From the IMG/VR virus record IMGVR_UViG_3300028638_000411, positions 1-56,473 of that record: 56,473 nt of DNA, one strand, 5' to 3'. A model generated the notes under the pieces. It was not told where the DNA came from. It worked only from the letters and a program-made list of their open reading frames with translations, and searched no databases. Both the position numbers and the translations under genes were made by a program. Numbering within the stretch: the first letter of the stretch is position 1; every line of letters begins with the position of its first letter. Positions 16,873 through 26,218 of the stretch are shown here, one piece after another. Source of the stretch: a virus. Lineage: Duplodnaviria > Caudoviricetes.

Positions 16873-19719
16873 ATGTCTTATCGATGCATCGTGACAATTA
16901 ATGAATTGAAAGCCTATCTGTTGAGTGCAAGTATCATAGCATTTGACATTGAAACTTCACCGCGCGATGGGTACCGAAATGTTGAAAAAGCAGCCCTTGA
17001 TCCTCACAAGTCTTCAATCACTGGTGTCAGTTTTTCAAAAACTGAAGGCGACGCGATCTATATTCCACTCGCACATCGCAGTAGTCAAAATGTTGAGGAT
17101 CAAGATGTAATTCTCGATTATCTTACAAATGCTGTTTTTCAAAATCCACTTGTGATCAAGGTGGCCCATAATCTTGCATTTGAGTCCAGTTTTCTCTATG
17201 CAAAAAACATTGTCATTCAGTCGCCAGTTTATGACACCATTGCCGCCTCGCAGCTCACCCTCAAAAGCAGCATGGAGTTTAGAAAACTCTCCGATAGCGG
17301 TCTAAAGACTTTAGTACCTGAACTTTTTGACGTTGAGATGCCTAGCTTTAAAGATGTAACCCAAGGCAAACACTTTGACGAACTTGATCCTCAGGACCCC
17401 GAGACCATCAGCTATGCCTGCGCTGACTCTGATTACACCCTGAGGTTATATCACCTATTCAATGGCTGGTTCGACCGATATCTACCCAAACACCGATCCA
17501 TCGTTGAAGAGGTTGAGTCACCAACGTCTGTCTTTGTTGGGCTCATGAAATATAACGGTATTCTAATGGACCAGGACTTGATGCTGCAAAAACAAAATGA
17601 AGCTGAAGCACATTTATCAAAGCTCAGGGAAGATATCGCTTTCATTACGGGTGATGTTCATATTGGTTCAAATGCGAGTACATCAGCATTCAAGAAATAT
17701 TTATATCAAGATCTTGGCCTACCCGTGCTGAAAACCACTGCGAAACATCAAGAAGCAGCTGATGATGAAACGATGATTTTACTTGAAGAGTGGTGTAGGG
17801 ACAATAAGCCAGAATTAGCAGGACTATTTGAGCTAATTCAGGGGTACCGAAAATGGGGCAAGCTTAAGAGCACTTATATCGATGGCTATCTTGAGCACAT
17901 TAACACCGCAACAAAAAGGATTCATCCTGACCTATTACCACTAGGAACTGCAACAGGACGATTTGCTTCAAGAAAGCCCAACTTCCAAAACTGTTTTGAC
18001 CATCACACGGAAATTTTAACCAAGCGAGGATTTGTGGCATTTAATTTACTAAACGATGCTGATGAGGTTGCACAGTGGGACAATGGCGAAATAACATTTG
18101 TAACTCCCGTGGCAATTATTGAACAAGAATTTACGGGAGAGTTAGTTCAGCTATCCAATCAGCACATCGATTTATGTATGACGCCGGACCACCAATGTCT
18201 ACTTCAAAATCGAAGAAATCGGCAATATTTTATTGTCCCCGCTAGTGAGTATGGAAGTGATAGCAAGCAGCTCCATGCAGGTCAATATCACTTTGGGGAT
18301 ATGAGACTTACTTCAGCGGAAATTATCCTTCTCGCCGCCACTCAAGCAGATGGTCATTATCATGATTCAGGAATTGATTTCACCTTCTCAAAAGCCAGAA
18401 AATATCGCAGATTAATACAGGCAGTTCACGAGTTAGAAATACCCCACTCGGATTATGTTAGGGCAGATGGGCGAGTTCATATTCGTCTTTTGAAAAGCCA
18501 AACCTCAGCATGGTTAATTGACTTTCTTGGAAGCGAAAAAACATGGAATGAAAAACTATTAGACTATGACAGGCAAACAGTCAAAGGGATACTATCGGAA
18601 ATTGTCCATTGGGACGGTTGTTTTACACGAGGGAATCAGTACAGCAGTTCAATTAAACAAAATGCTGACTGGATGCAGATTTTATATGTTTTGACAGGTC
18701 GCAGGACAAACATTAGGGAGTATCATAACTCAAATCCAAACTCTGTAACGAATTATCAGCTGGATGTTACTGAGCGAGATTATAGTTTGACCACAAATAT
18801 ACGAAGGGAAAAATTATCCTACTTCGGCAAGGTATACTGCGTCAGTGTACCAAGCGGCTATATCGTAGTTCGCCGGAATGGCAAGGTTTGTATCACTGGA
18901 AATTGTCCAAGACAAGACAACGATCCAATCGGGGTACGTAATTTTATCATCGCACCTGAAGGCAACGTACTTCTATCTCTTGACTTTTCCCAGATTGAAC
19001 TTCGCGTAGGAGCTTTCTACTGCCGGGATGAAGCGATGCTTAGCACATACCTGACAGGTGGAGATATTCACGCTCAGACGACATCGGTCATTTACAGAAT
19101 TCCCTTTGATCAGGCAAGAGATAAAACAGACGAGAACTATAAACAGCGACGCGCCATAGCAAAGAACTGTAACTTCGGAGTATTCTATGGTCTCTTTCCA
19201 AGGGGCCTGCATCGCAATCTCAAATTTAAAGCTGGGCTTAACACAACACTCTCAGAATGTGAAGAGATCATTGCGAATCTGAAAATAGGCTACGCGGCGC
19301 TATCAACCTGGCAGGAAGAAGTTAAGAAAAAGGCTGCCCTGAGAAAGTACACCGAAACCTATCTTGGTCGTAGAAGATATCTGCCAGATATTACGTCTAG
19401 CGACTGGGGAAAGAAAAGCTTTGCAGAAAGATGCGCACTTAATACACCTATTCAAGGAACGGCAGCAGATATTTTAAAGCTAGCCCTGAATCGAATCCTT
19501 GATGGTTTACCCGAGAGAATGTGGCTAAAACCGCTACTTCAGATCCACGATGAACTCCTCTTTGAACTACCAAAAGAAAAGCTAAAAGAGGCTGTGGATT
19601 TTATTAAAGCCTGTATGGAAGAAAGGCCCTTTGTGGATTTTGACGTTCCAATTGTTGCTGATTCAGCATTTGGACCAGATTATGGCCAGCTGAAAGACTG
19701 GGCGGAGATCGACTTTTAA
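16873..19719 (+). CDS. Family A DNA polymerase (3'-5' exonuclease + polymerase) with intein
   Basis: AFDIET (ExoI), TATGRFAS, DFSQIELR (motif A), KNCNFGVFYG (B), QIHDELLFE (C). Confidence 0.95.
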   Translation: MSYRCIVTINELKAYLLSASIIAFDIETSPRDGYRNVEKAALDPHKSSITGVSFSKTEGDAIYIPLAHRSSQNVEDQDVILDYLTNAVFQNPLVIKVAHNLAFESSFLYAKNIVIQSPVYDTIAASQLTLKSSMEFRKLSDSGLKTLVPELFDVEMPSFKDVTQGKHFDELDPQDPETISYACADSDYTLRLYHLFNGWFDRYLPKHRSIVEEVESPTSVFVGLMKYNGILMDQDLMLQKQNEAEAHLSKLREDIAFITGDVHIGSNASTSAFKKYLYQDLGLPVLKTTAKHQEAADDETMILLEEWCRDNKPELAGLFELIQGYRKWGKLKSTYIDGYLEHINTATKRIHPDLLPLGTATGRFASRKPNFQNCFDHHTEILTKRGFVAFNLLNDADEVAQWDNGEITFVTPVAIIEQEFTGELVQLSNQHIDLCMTPDHQCLLQNRRNRQYFIVPASEYGSDSKQLHAGQYHFGDMRLTSAEIILLAATQADGHYHDSGIDFTFSKARKYRRLIQAVHELEIPHSDYVRADGRVHIRLLKSQTSAWLIDFLGSEKTWNEKLLDYDRQTVKGILSEIVHWDGCFTRGNQYSSSIKQNADWMQILYVLTGRRTNIREYHNSNPNSVTNYQLDVTERDYSLTTNIRREKLSYFGKVYCVSVPSGYIVVRRNGKVCITGNCPRQDNDPIGVRNFIIAPEGNVLLSLDFSQIELRVGAFYCRDEAMLSTYLTGGDIHAQTTSVIYRIPFDQARDKTDENYKQRRAIAKNCNFGVFYGLFPRGLHRNLKFKAGLNTTLSECEEIIANLKIGYAALSTWQEEVKKKAALRKYTETYLGRRRYLPDITSSDWGKKSFAERCALNTPIQGTAADILKLALNRILDGLPERMWLKPLLQIHDELLFELPKEKLKEAVDFIKACMEERPFVDFDVPIVADSAFGPDYGQLKDWAEIDF
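17992..18903 (+). mobile_element. Intein in PolA (304 aa, degenerate LAGLIDADG endonuclease)
   Basis: PNFQN|CFDHHTEIL...TPDH (block B)...VYCVSV (block F)...ITGN|CPR; LAATQADG and EIVHWDG motifs. Confidence 0.9.
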
Positions 19720-19758
19720 GCTCATTTAAAAATGAAAATAATTCTTATGGAGGTAGCT

Positions 19759-20184
19759 ATGACCATCAGTAAATATAACAGTGAAAGATATCTGGATCTT
19801 ACCGCTTATGAAGCGTTATCAGCGATTGATAGGGAAACGAAAAAAGAAAATTATAAGCCACTCATATTTATCTGCTCACCCTTCGCCGGGGATATTGAAG
19901 AAAATCTGATGCGGGCAAGGCGATACTGTCAATTTGCCCTATCCCAAAATACCATTCCAATTGCACCACATCTTCTTTTCCCTCAGTTTATGGACGATAG
20001 TTGTCCAAAACAGAGAAAACTGGCCATTTTTATGGGGCTCGTGTTGTTATCCAAGTGTAAAGAGCTTTGGTATTTTGGAGATCATATTTCACCTGGGATG
20101 AATATTGAGATTTCAAAAGCACTTAAACGCGGCATCACTATTAGACACTTTAACATCGACTGCACGGAGGTGGAGGATGCGTGA
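19759..20184 (+). CDS. DUF4406/nucleoside-deoxyribosyltransferase-like protein
   Basis: IFICSPFAGD..PIAPHLLFPQF..C.ELW.FG..IS.GM..EI. Confidence 0.75.
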   Translation: MTISKYNSERYLDLTAYEALSAIDRETKKENYKPLIFICSPFAGDIEENLMRARRYCQFALSQNTIPIAPHLLFPQFMDDSCPKQRKLAIFMGLVLLSKCKELWYFGDHISPGMNIEISKALKRGITIRHFNIDCTEVEDA

Positions 20185-22685
20185 AGCCGCTTGAAATACC
20201 ACTTGAAGAATTCCTGCGCCCCTTCTTTGACCCTGGAGAAATGATCTGTTTAAGGGTTTTTGATGACCGGAAGTCAGGGACCTTTAAGGGTGCGAAAATT
20301 GAAGCGTCACTTGAAAAAATCGATTTGATCAGAGAAACGCTTAAGAAACACAATGAAATGCATAGAGGCATCTACTTCGTGGTTAATTTCGGTGGCCATG
20401 AAGACATCGACATAAAAAGAATAAATGCTCATTTTATGGAGTGTGATGATTTATCTTTTGAAGAGCAAATGATAAAGATTGAAGCATTCCCACTGGAACC
20501 ATCGTTAATCGTTAAGACTCAAAAGTCGCTTCATACCTACTGGTTAATGAAAGATGCCAGCGTGTCAGATTTTCGAATGATTCAAAAAAAACTTGCTGCT
20601 CATTTCGAAGGCGATAAAACCTGCGTAAATGAAAGCCGCGTCCTGAGACTCCCAGGATTTAATCACTGTAAGGGCTCCCCTGTTATGGTGGCATGCATTA
20701 AATTTAATCCTGAGATTCGATATACTCAGGCAGAGCTCAAAGCAGTGCTACCCGAGATGCCAGATGAACCTCGAATGGATTCCGCGCAGCGACTTAATGG
20801 TTCCCGGCGAGGACTGACATTAGTCCAGGATGGATGCGAATTTATCAAGCACTGCCGGGAAAATGCCGAGTCACTGCCAGAACATGACTGGTATGCCATG
20901 ATCACTAACCTCGCCGTGTTTGAAGGTGGAGAAAAATTAATCCACGAGTTGTCACAGCAATACCCTGAGTACAATCGAGAAGAAACCAATGGCAAGATCC
21001 AGCACTTCCTCGAAAGTGGCACTAAGCCCATGACCTGTAGAACCATTGCAGAGAAAGGATTTTTTTGTCCTAGGATGGAAGATGGCAGTTGTGGTTTTAA
21101 AGCGCCTGCTGCCATGAGCTATAAGCCCTTATCAATTGAGGCACTTAAGGACCAACTCCAGAGGATTGCTTTCAAGAAGGCTGCCATCGACAATATCGAT
21201 TCTGCACAGGCGTTCGTCAAAGAATATCTCTATAACGTTGAACCGGTCATCGCTGAGATATTTATAAAGTATGAAATAAAGGAATATTTCAGCCTGAAAC
21301 TACCGGATGTCAAACCACTGGTGCTGCTTTATAGAGAGATCTATAAAAAATACTCAAATAACAAGGAAACTCGTAAAGCGCTAAACGAGCAGGAACTTCC
21401 AGAGTGGTATGAGATCACTGAACAAGGCAGTGTTAAATTCATTCCAGGGCTACTTGCTGAACATATGGCAGCGAGTGTTGATGCCTTCTATGGCGCGGGT
21501 AGCTACTTCAAATATGAAAATGGCGTATATAATGCGACTGAGGATCTGTGGGCAGCAGCCAAAGCCCGTGAGTTCATGATTCCTCGCTACGCAAGAATGA
21601 TGGCTATCAGTGACGTGGCAGGTCAGTGGAAGATGCTAATCAGAAAATCAGTCAGGGAAATCAACTGTAATCCCTTTATCATTAATGTTAAGAATGGGTT
21701 GTATAACGTTCTTGACGATGGATTTAAGCCTCATACACCAAAATACTACTCGACGGTTCAGCTCATGGCAGCATACCACAAAGACACCGAATGCCCCAAC
21801 TTCTTAACTTTTCTTACCAGCGTGCTTGCGGAGCAAGAAATATATTTACTTCAAGAGATTTTTGGATATCTACTCATTCCAGTAAACAAAGCACAGAAAT
21901 CCTTCGTTTTTGTTGGTGCGCCTAATGCAGGTAAGTCTACCCTACTCTCCGTTGCTCAGGAGATTCTACTGGGGGCTGAAAATGTCAGCAATATTCCGTG
22001 GCAGAGCCTTGGAGACCGTTTTAATAAGGCAGAACTATTTGGAAAGCTCGCCAATATCTTTGCCGATCTGCCTTCAAAGAGTATTGATGATAATGGCATG
22101 TTTAAAGCCTTAACTGGTGAAGATTATATTACCGGCGAGAGGAAAAACAAGGATCCGTTTACCTTTCGTCCCTATGCCCGCCTACTTTTTTCATGCAATG
22201 AAATTCCAAGAAACTATGGCGACCGTAGTGATGGTTTTTACAGACGTCTCATCATCATCAGATTTGATAAATCGGTACCAAAAAGCATGCGCGATCCTGA
22301 CCTGCGCGAAAAATTATCAGAGGAATGCGACGGGATTCTGGTTTGGGCGATAGTGGGACTCAAGCGTCTAATCGGCAATAACTATGAATTTACCCAGACC
22401 GAACGTACCCAGGCTGAGCTGCAGCGATACAGAGTTGAGAACAATAGTGTTCTTTCTTTCGTCGAAGAATACTGTGAACTATCGGATGTCGGGGTAGCGG
22501 TGAGAGATGAGCTCTTTTCAAGATACAAGGAATACTGTAACAGCGCAGGACTAAAACCATTATCACAGACTAACTTCAACAAAGAAATCGAACATAGCCA
22601 TCAAACCGTTAAGAGAGGAAGAGACAAAATCTCAAAACGAAGGACATGGGAAGGCATCTCATATTGTGAAGGAGGAAAGGGGTAA
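20181..22685 (+). CDS. P4-family primase-helicase (RepB-like primase, PriCT, D5 SF3 helicase)
   Basis: SLHTYW, SRVLRLPGF; Walker A GAPNAGKS; FKALTGED; FYRRLIII. Confidence 0.92.
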   Translation: MKPLEIPLEEFLRPFFDPGEMICLRVFDDRKSGTFKGAKIEASLEKIDLIRETLKKHNEMHRGIYFVVNFGGHEDIDIKRINAHFMECDDLSFEEQMIKIEAFPLEPSLIVKTQKSLHTYWLMKDASVSDFRMIQKKLAAHFEGDKTCVNESRVLRLPGFNHCKGSPVMVACIKFNPEIRYTQAELKAVLPEMPDEPRMDSAQRLNGSRRGLTLVQDGCEFIKHCRENAESLPEHDWYAMITNLAVFEGGEKLIHELSQQYPEYNREETNGKIQHFLESGTKPMTCRTIAEKGFFCPRMEDGSCGFKAPAAMSYKPLSIEALKDQLQRIAFKKAAIDNIDSAQAFVKEYLYNVEPVIAEIFIKYEIKEYFSLKLPDVKPLVLLYREIYKKYSNNKETRKALNEQELPEWYEITEQGSVKFIPGLLAEHMAASVDAFYGAGSYFKYENGVYNATEDLWAAAKAREFMIPRYARMMAISDVAGQWKMLIRKSVREINCNPFIINVKNGLYNVLDDGFKPHTPKYYSTVQLMAAYHKDTECPNFLTFLTSVLAEQEIYLLQEIFGYLLIPVNKAQKSFVFVGAPNAGKSTLLSVAQEILLGAENVSNIPWQSLGDRFNKAELFGKLANIFADLPSKSIDDNGMFKALTGEDYITGERKNKDPFTFRPYARLLFSCNEIPRNYGDRSDGFYRRLIIIRFDKSVPKSMRDPDLREKLSEECDGILVWAIVGLKRLIGNNYEFTQTERTQAELQRYRVENNSVLSFVEEYCELSDVGVAVRDELFSRYKEYCNSAGLKPLSQTNFNKEIEHSHQTVKRGRDKISKRRTWEGISYCEGGKG

Positions 22686-22690
22686 AAAAA

Positions 22691-22888
22691 ACCGGCTTAA
22701 TAGACCGGCGTAACCGGATCAGAACCGGGTCTAGGCACTCTGAAACCCTGCAAATTAGCGACTTGTACCAACATGACCAGGTTTTTTATATTTCTTACGT
22801 AATTCATAAAAAATGATATATATAGGTGTAGTTTTGCAGTATACAATAAGGAGTAAAAATTTGTTGGTTTTCCCGGTTCTGCTGGTTC
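22691..22888. other. Putative phage replication origin
   Basis: ACCGG at 22691, 22704, 22713 and 22724, an AT-rich core, then inverted CCGGT/CTGGT copies near 22873-22886; directly after the primase gene. Confidence 0.5.
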
Positions 22889-22904
22889 AAACTCCATGAT
22901 ATTT

Positions 22905-23189
22905 ATGGCAGAGAAGAATATTGTAATAGCAATTCTAAGACATCTAAAGACTGTGCCAAACTGCTTCTGCTGGAAGGAGCATGGCGGTATGTATGGCACA
23001 GCCGGTATTCCCGATATCATTTGCTGTATTGATGGTAGGTTCGTCGCATTTGAGGTGAAGACACCATCGGGAAAGCTGACTAAGTTACAGGAGATCACAA
23101 TACAAAGAATCAATGATGCAAAGGGCAAAGCCTACAAAGTGACAAGTGTCGAGGAAGTTATACAAATACTTGATCGCTTGGAGGACTGA
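22905..23189 (+). CDS. VRR-NUC domain nuclease
   Basis: GIPDII..GRFVAFEVK.P.GKLT.LQ. Confidence 0.88.
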   Translation: MAEKNIVIAILRHLKTVPNCFCWKEHGGMYGTAGIPDIICCIDGRFVAFEVKTPSGKLTKLQEITIQRINDAKGKAYKVTSVEEVIQILDRLED

Positions 23190-23194
23190 CCATT

Positions 23195-23587
23195 ATGGAT
23201 AAAAGAGAACTCTCTCAGCTTTACTGGTTGAATCGTGAAATTGAAGAAATACAAAGACGCATCGCTGAACTTGAGGCGCTGGCAACAGGCTGTACAGTCA
23301 GAATCACCGGCTTACCTAAAGCCCAAGGCCTAAACGATAAAATCGCAGAATATGTTGCAGAAATAGCGGATCTAAAATGCCTTCTCGACCTCGACTTAAA
23401 GAAATGCTTCTTTGAGCTTAACCGGCTGAACCGCTACATCAACAGCATTGATGACAGTCAAATACGAATGATTCTCTCCCTTAGATATATTAATGGCCTT
23501 CCCTGGGAGCAAGTCGCAGCAAGTATCAGTTATTCACTGTCTGGTGAGTCAGTCAGAAAGGCGCATGATCGATTCTTGAGTAAGTAG
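23195..23587 (+). CDS. RinA/ArpU-like late transcription activator
   Basis: Coiled coil plus ILSLRYINGLPWEQVA HTH; last gene of the early operon. Confidence 0.75.
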   Translation: MDKRELSQLYWLNREIEEIQRRIAELEALATGCTVRITGLPKAQGLNDKIAEYVAEIADLKCLLDLDLKKCFFELNRLNRYINSIDDSQIRMILSLRYINGLPWEQVAASISYSLSGESVRKAHDRFLSK

Positions 23588-23594
23588 TAAAAAA

Positions 23595-23640
23595 GTTGTC
23601 CGTTTTGTCCGGTCGCTTTATGATACATTGATAGTGTGGA
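23595..23640 (+). repeat. 46-bp repeat copy 1, putative late promoter
   Basis: GTTGTCCGTTTTGTCCGGTCGCTTTATGATACATTGATAGTGTGGA; one mismatch to the copy at 25558. Confidence 0.9.
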
Positions 23641-23707
23641 AGAAATCAAAGTCGACTAAATCCTTTGCAGGGTTGAAACTGCTCTGGCTTTTCTATACCA
23701 ATATAGG

Positions 23708-23746
23708 AAAAAAAGCGTTGTGGTTATAAATCCACAGCGCTTTTTT
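23708..23746. terminator. Bidirectional intrinsic terminator
   Basis: A7-GCGTTGTGG/CCACAGCGC-T6. Confidence 0.8.
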
Positions 23747-23751
23747 AGACC

Positions 23752-24225
23752 TTATTTCAAATAATACCGAAACACCCTTGTTGAACTTCTTTTACTGTAT
23801 GTATCATGGATGACATGGTAATCACAAAACTCCTCAAGAGTCTCCATAGCCGCGCAGACGGATGGCATTCTATTTAATAGTCCCATATCTCTATGAATAT
23901 CACCAGACCTTAGGTCAATACTATCTGTACCATTTTTTTTAGCTTCATAAAGAATTTCAGAAATGAAGGCTCTGATTTGATCAGTTTGACCTATGTTATT
24001 TTTTTTCGATCTATATATAAACCGATCTGAACTATAGTCCACTCGCTGTTTATTCGTTTTGTTTTTTAATTCAAAGGCTTCTGATTTGAAAGCATACACA
24101 ATATACTGCGAAATTAGCTCTTTTAGAATATCATTTGCATTCTCGTTTTTTAATGATAGAGCTGTATTAAATTTGTTTAGTAGATCACTATCAAGCTCTA
24201 CATTAAAAATTTGAACATTTGACAA
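23752..24225 (-). CDS. Moron hypothetical protein
   Basis: GGAGG RBS before TTG 24225; C-terminal LRSGDIHRDMG..NRMPSVC.AM domain. Confidence 0.65.
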   Translation of the reverse strand: MSNVQIFNVELDSDLLNKFNTALSLKNENANDILKELISQYIVYAFKSEAFELKNKTNKQRVDYSSDRFIYRSKKNNIGQTDQIRAFISEILYEAKKNGTDSIDLRSGDIHRDMGLLNRMPSVCAAMETLEEFCDYHVIHDTYSKRSSTRVFRYYLK

Positions 24226-24305
24226 CTTATTTCCTCCATTCTGAAATGTAAAACTAGTTCTCTCATTCATTAAAAGCTTTTACGCATACCAAAAACAACC
24301 CAAAA

Positions 24306-25343
24306 TCAAAAATCAAAATCTTGAAAAGTGGTATATTTGTAAATGAATTCAAATTCTGATTCGTTTTCAAGAAAGGCATCCACTATCTCAGGATCAAAAT
24401 GCTTACCAGAATTCTGTCTTATTATTTCAACAGTTTCAATATGTGAATACGGTGACTTGTACGGCCGTTTTGAACGCAGCGCGTCATAGACATCAGCAAC
24501 TGCCATAATCCTTGCTGATACAGGAATTTCTTCCTCAACAAGGCCTTTAGGATACCCTGACCCATCCCACTTTTCATGATGGTACAAGGCTATTCTTGAT
24601 CCTAATATTATGAAATTGTTATTTGGAAAGCGCTTGAGAACTTCGTTTAGGGTTTTAGCACCAATAGTTGTGTGCTTTTTCATAATTTCAAATTCTTCAT
24701 CTGATAACTTACCAGGTTTTATAAGGATTGAATCCGGAATACCGACTTTACCGATATCATGGAGTGGTGCTGCTTTTGCAAGGTCATCAATATAGAGCTC
24801 TGTCATTAATTCACTATATTTTGCATTTGATCGTAGTTTTTCTGCGATGAGTCTGCAGAATTTTGAAACTCTAACGATATGCGCTCCAGTGTCGTCATCT
24901 CGCATCTCTGCAAGCTTTACTAATGAGTAAATAGTGGCTAATCGCGACTCAACTATTTCGGTTTCTTGTTCAGTGATCACTTTCATTTTCTGTTTGTATT
25001 TATCTGAAAAATATCCGACTATTAGGGCAATAAATATGTATATGAAAATCCGAAGATGCCAGTTAAGCGGTTGCTGCATCGTCATATCAACGGTATTCAA
25101 GGGCATGTGAGGTCCGAGTAGAAGTCCGCAGACAATAGCATGAAAAACTCCGTATTTTTTTCCAAGAGCAGAAGACAAAATTGAGATTGGAATAAACATT
25201 AGATTTGCAAATATGGTTTTTGTTCCACCATGATAATACACAAAAAAGGCAATCAGAAACGATATTAAATATGAAATAATTGTAATAGTGATTTTTATAA
25301 TTCTTTGTTTTTTTTGACTAGAATTGAGAATTAATTCGTCCAT
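24306..25343 (-). CDS. Membrane-anchored HD-GYP cyclic-dinucleotide phosphodiesterase (moron)
   Basis: About four TM segments; ExRDxxTxxH, HDIGK, HHEKWDGSGYP, ADVYDAL..RPYK. Confidence 0.92.
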   Translation of the reverse strand: MDELILNSSQKKQRIIKITITIISYLISFLIAFFVYYHGGTKTIFANLMFIPISILSSALGKKYGVFHAIVCGLLLGPHMPLNTVDMTMQQPLNWHLRIFIYIFIALIVGYFSDKYKQKMKVITEQETEIVESRLATIYSLVKLAEMRDDDTGAHIVRVSKFCRLIAEKLRSNAKYSELMTELYIDDLAKAAPLHDIGKVGIPDSILIKPGKLSDEEFEIMKKHTTIGAKTLNEVLKRFPNNNFIILGSRIALYHHEKWDGSGYPKGLVEEEIPVSARIMAVADVYDALRSKRPYKSPYSHIETVEIIRQNSGKHFDPEIVDAFLENESEFEFIYKYTTFQDFDF

Positions 25344-25557
25344 ATATGCCCCTTTATCGATTTAATAGCGTTCAAAACACGTTTACCATTTATTATTATA
25401 CATTAATCAACTAAATTTTGGATTACAAATTTGTAAAAACATCTAATTTACACAAAATTGAAATAATTTTTATTTTTATAAGGATTCTAAGAAAAATAAT
25501 TCTTTATTAAAGAATTTACAATTAAAACTATATGGGATTATCTAGAAAATACTGAAT

Positions 25558-25603
25558 GTTGTCCGTTTTGTCCGGTCGCTTTATGATACATTGGTAGTGT
25601 GGA
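25558..25603 (+). repeat. 46-bp repeat copy 2, putative late promoter
   Basis: Matches 23595-23640 at 45 of 46 positions. Confidence 0.9.
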
Positions 25604-25765
25604 GGAATTTGAAGTCAACTTGAACCATAGTTATCCGACACATATAGCTTGTGATAATATATCATTATCTTTTTAATAATAAATGTTTCAATTGATACAA
25701 AATAATTGTTTTTTATGTTTAAAGTATCTATAATAAGTATATAATACGACTAGGAGGACTGGATA

Positions 25766-26182
25766 TTGGGCGGAGTTATTCAAACTTCAGGTAAATATTT
25801 AGATTATTCAATAGAGGAAATCAAAGAATACTTGGAAGAGCTGAAAAGATTAATATCGAACAATCAGTACACAATATCTAGAAGAGATGAAAACGATGCA
25901 TTTGCATTCGAATATAGAATAGATTCTGCAAAAGGTATAGAAATTCTTCTGAACCTCCAATATTGCGACTTTTGCTATGCTGCTACAAATTATAAGCCAG
26001 AGTATGCACACGAAAGACTATTTGTATTTTGCAAAGAATATGAACTGGACCATTGGGGAAACTATGAAATGGTTGAAATATACATTAAGACTAATTTGAC
26101 GCAAATGAAAAATGGAAATGATTATATCATTGTGATTTCATTTCATAAACTAAATAATCCTATCAAGTATTTATTTAGATAA
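25766..26182 (+). CDS. MqsR/RelE-like toxin
   Basis: LFVF...EIYIK...IIVISFH pattern; AGGAGG RBS; upstream of a MqsA-like gene. Confidence 0.6.
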   Translation: MGGVIQTSGKYLDYSIEEIKEYLEELKRLISNNQYTISRRDENDAFAFEYRIDSAKGIEILLNLQYCDFCYAATNYKPEYAHERLFVFCKEYELDHWGNYEMVEIYIKTNLTQMKNGNDYIIVISFHKLNNPIKYLFR

Positions 26183-26218
26183 TGACTTTGTTTAATAGCT
26201 TTTCTAGGAGGTGTTAGC

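Noticed and set aside
22697-23128. 143-aa minus-strand ORF
   Set aside because: Overlaps the VRR-NUC gene and the origin-like repeats; no recognisable motif.
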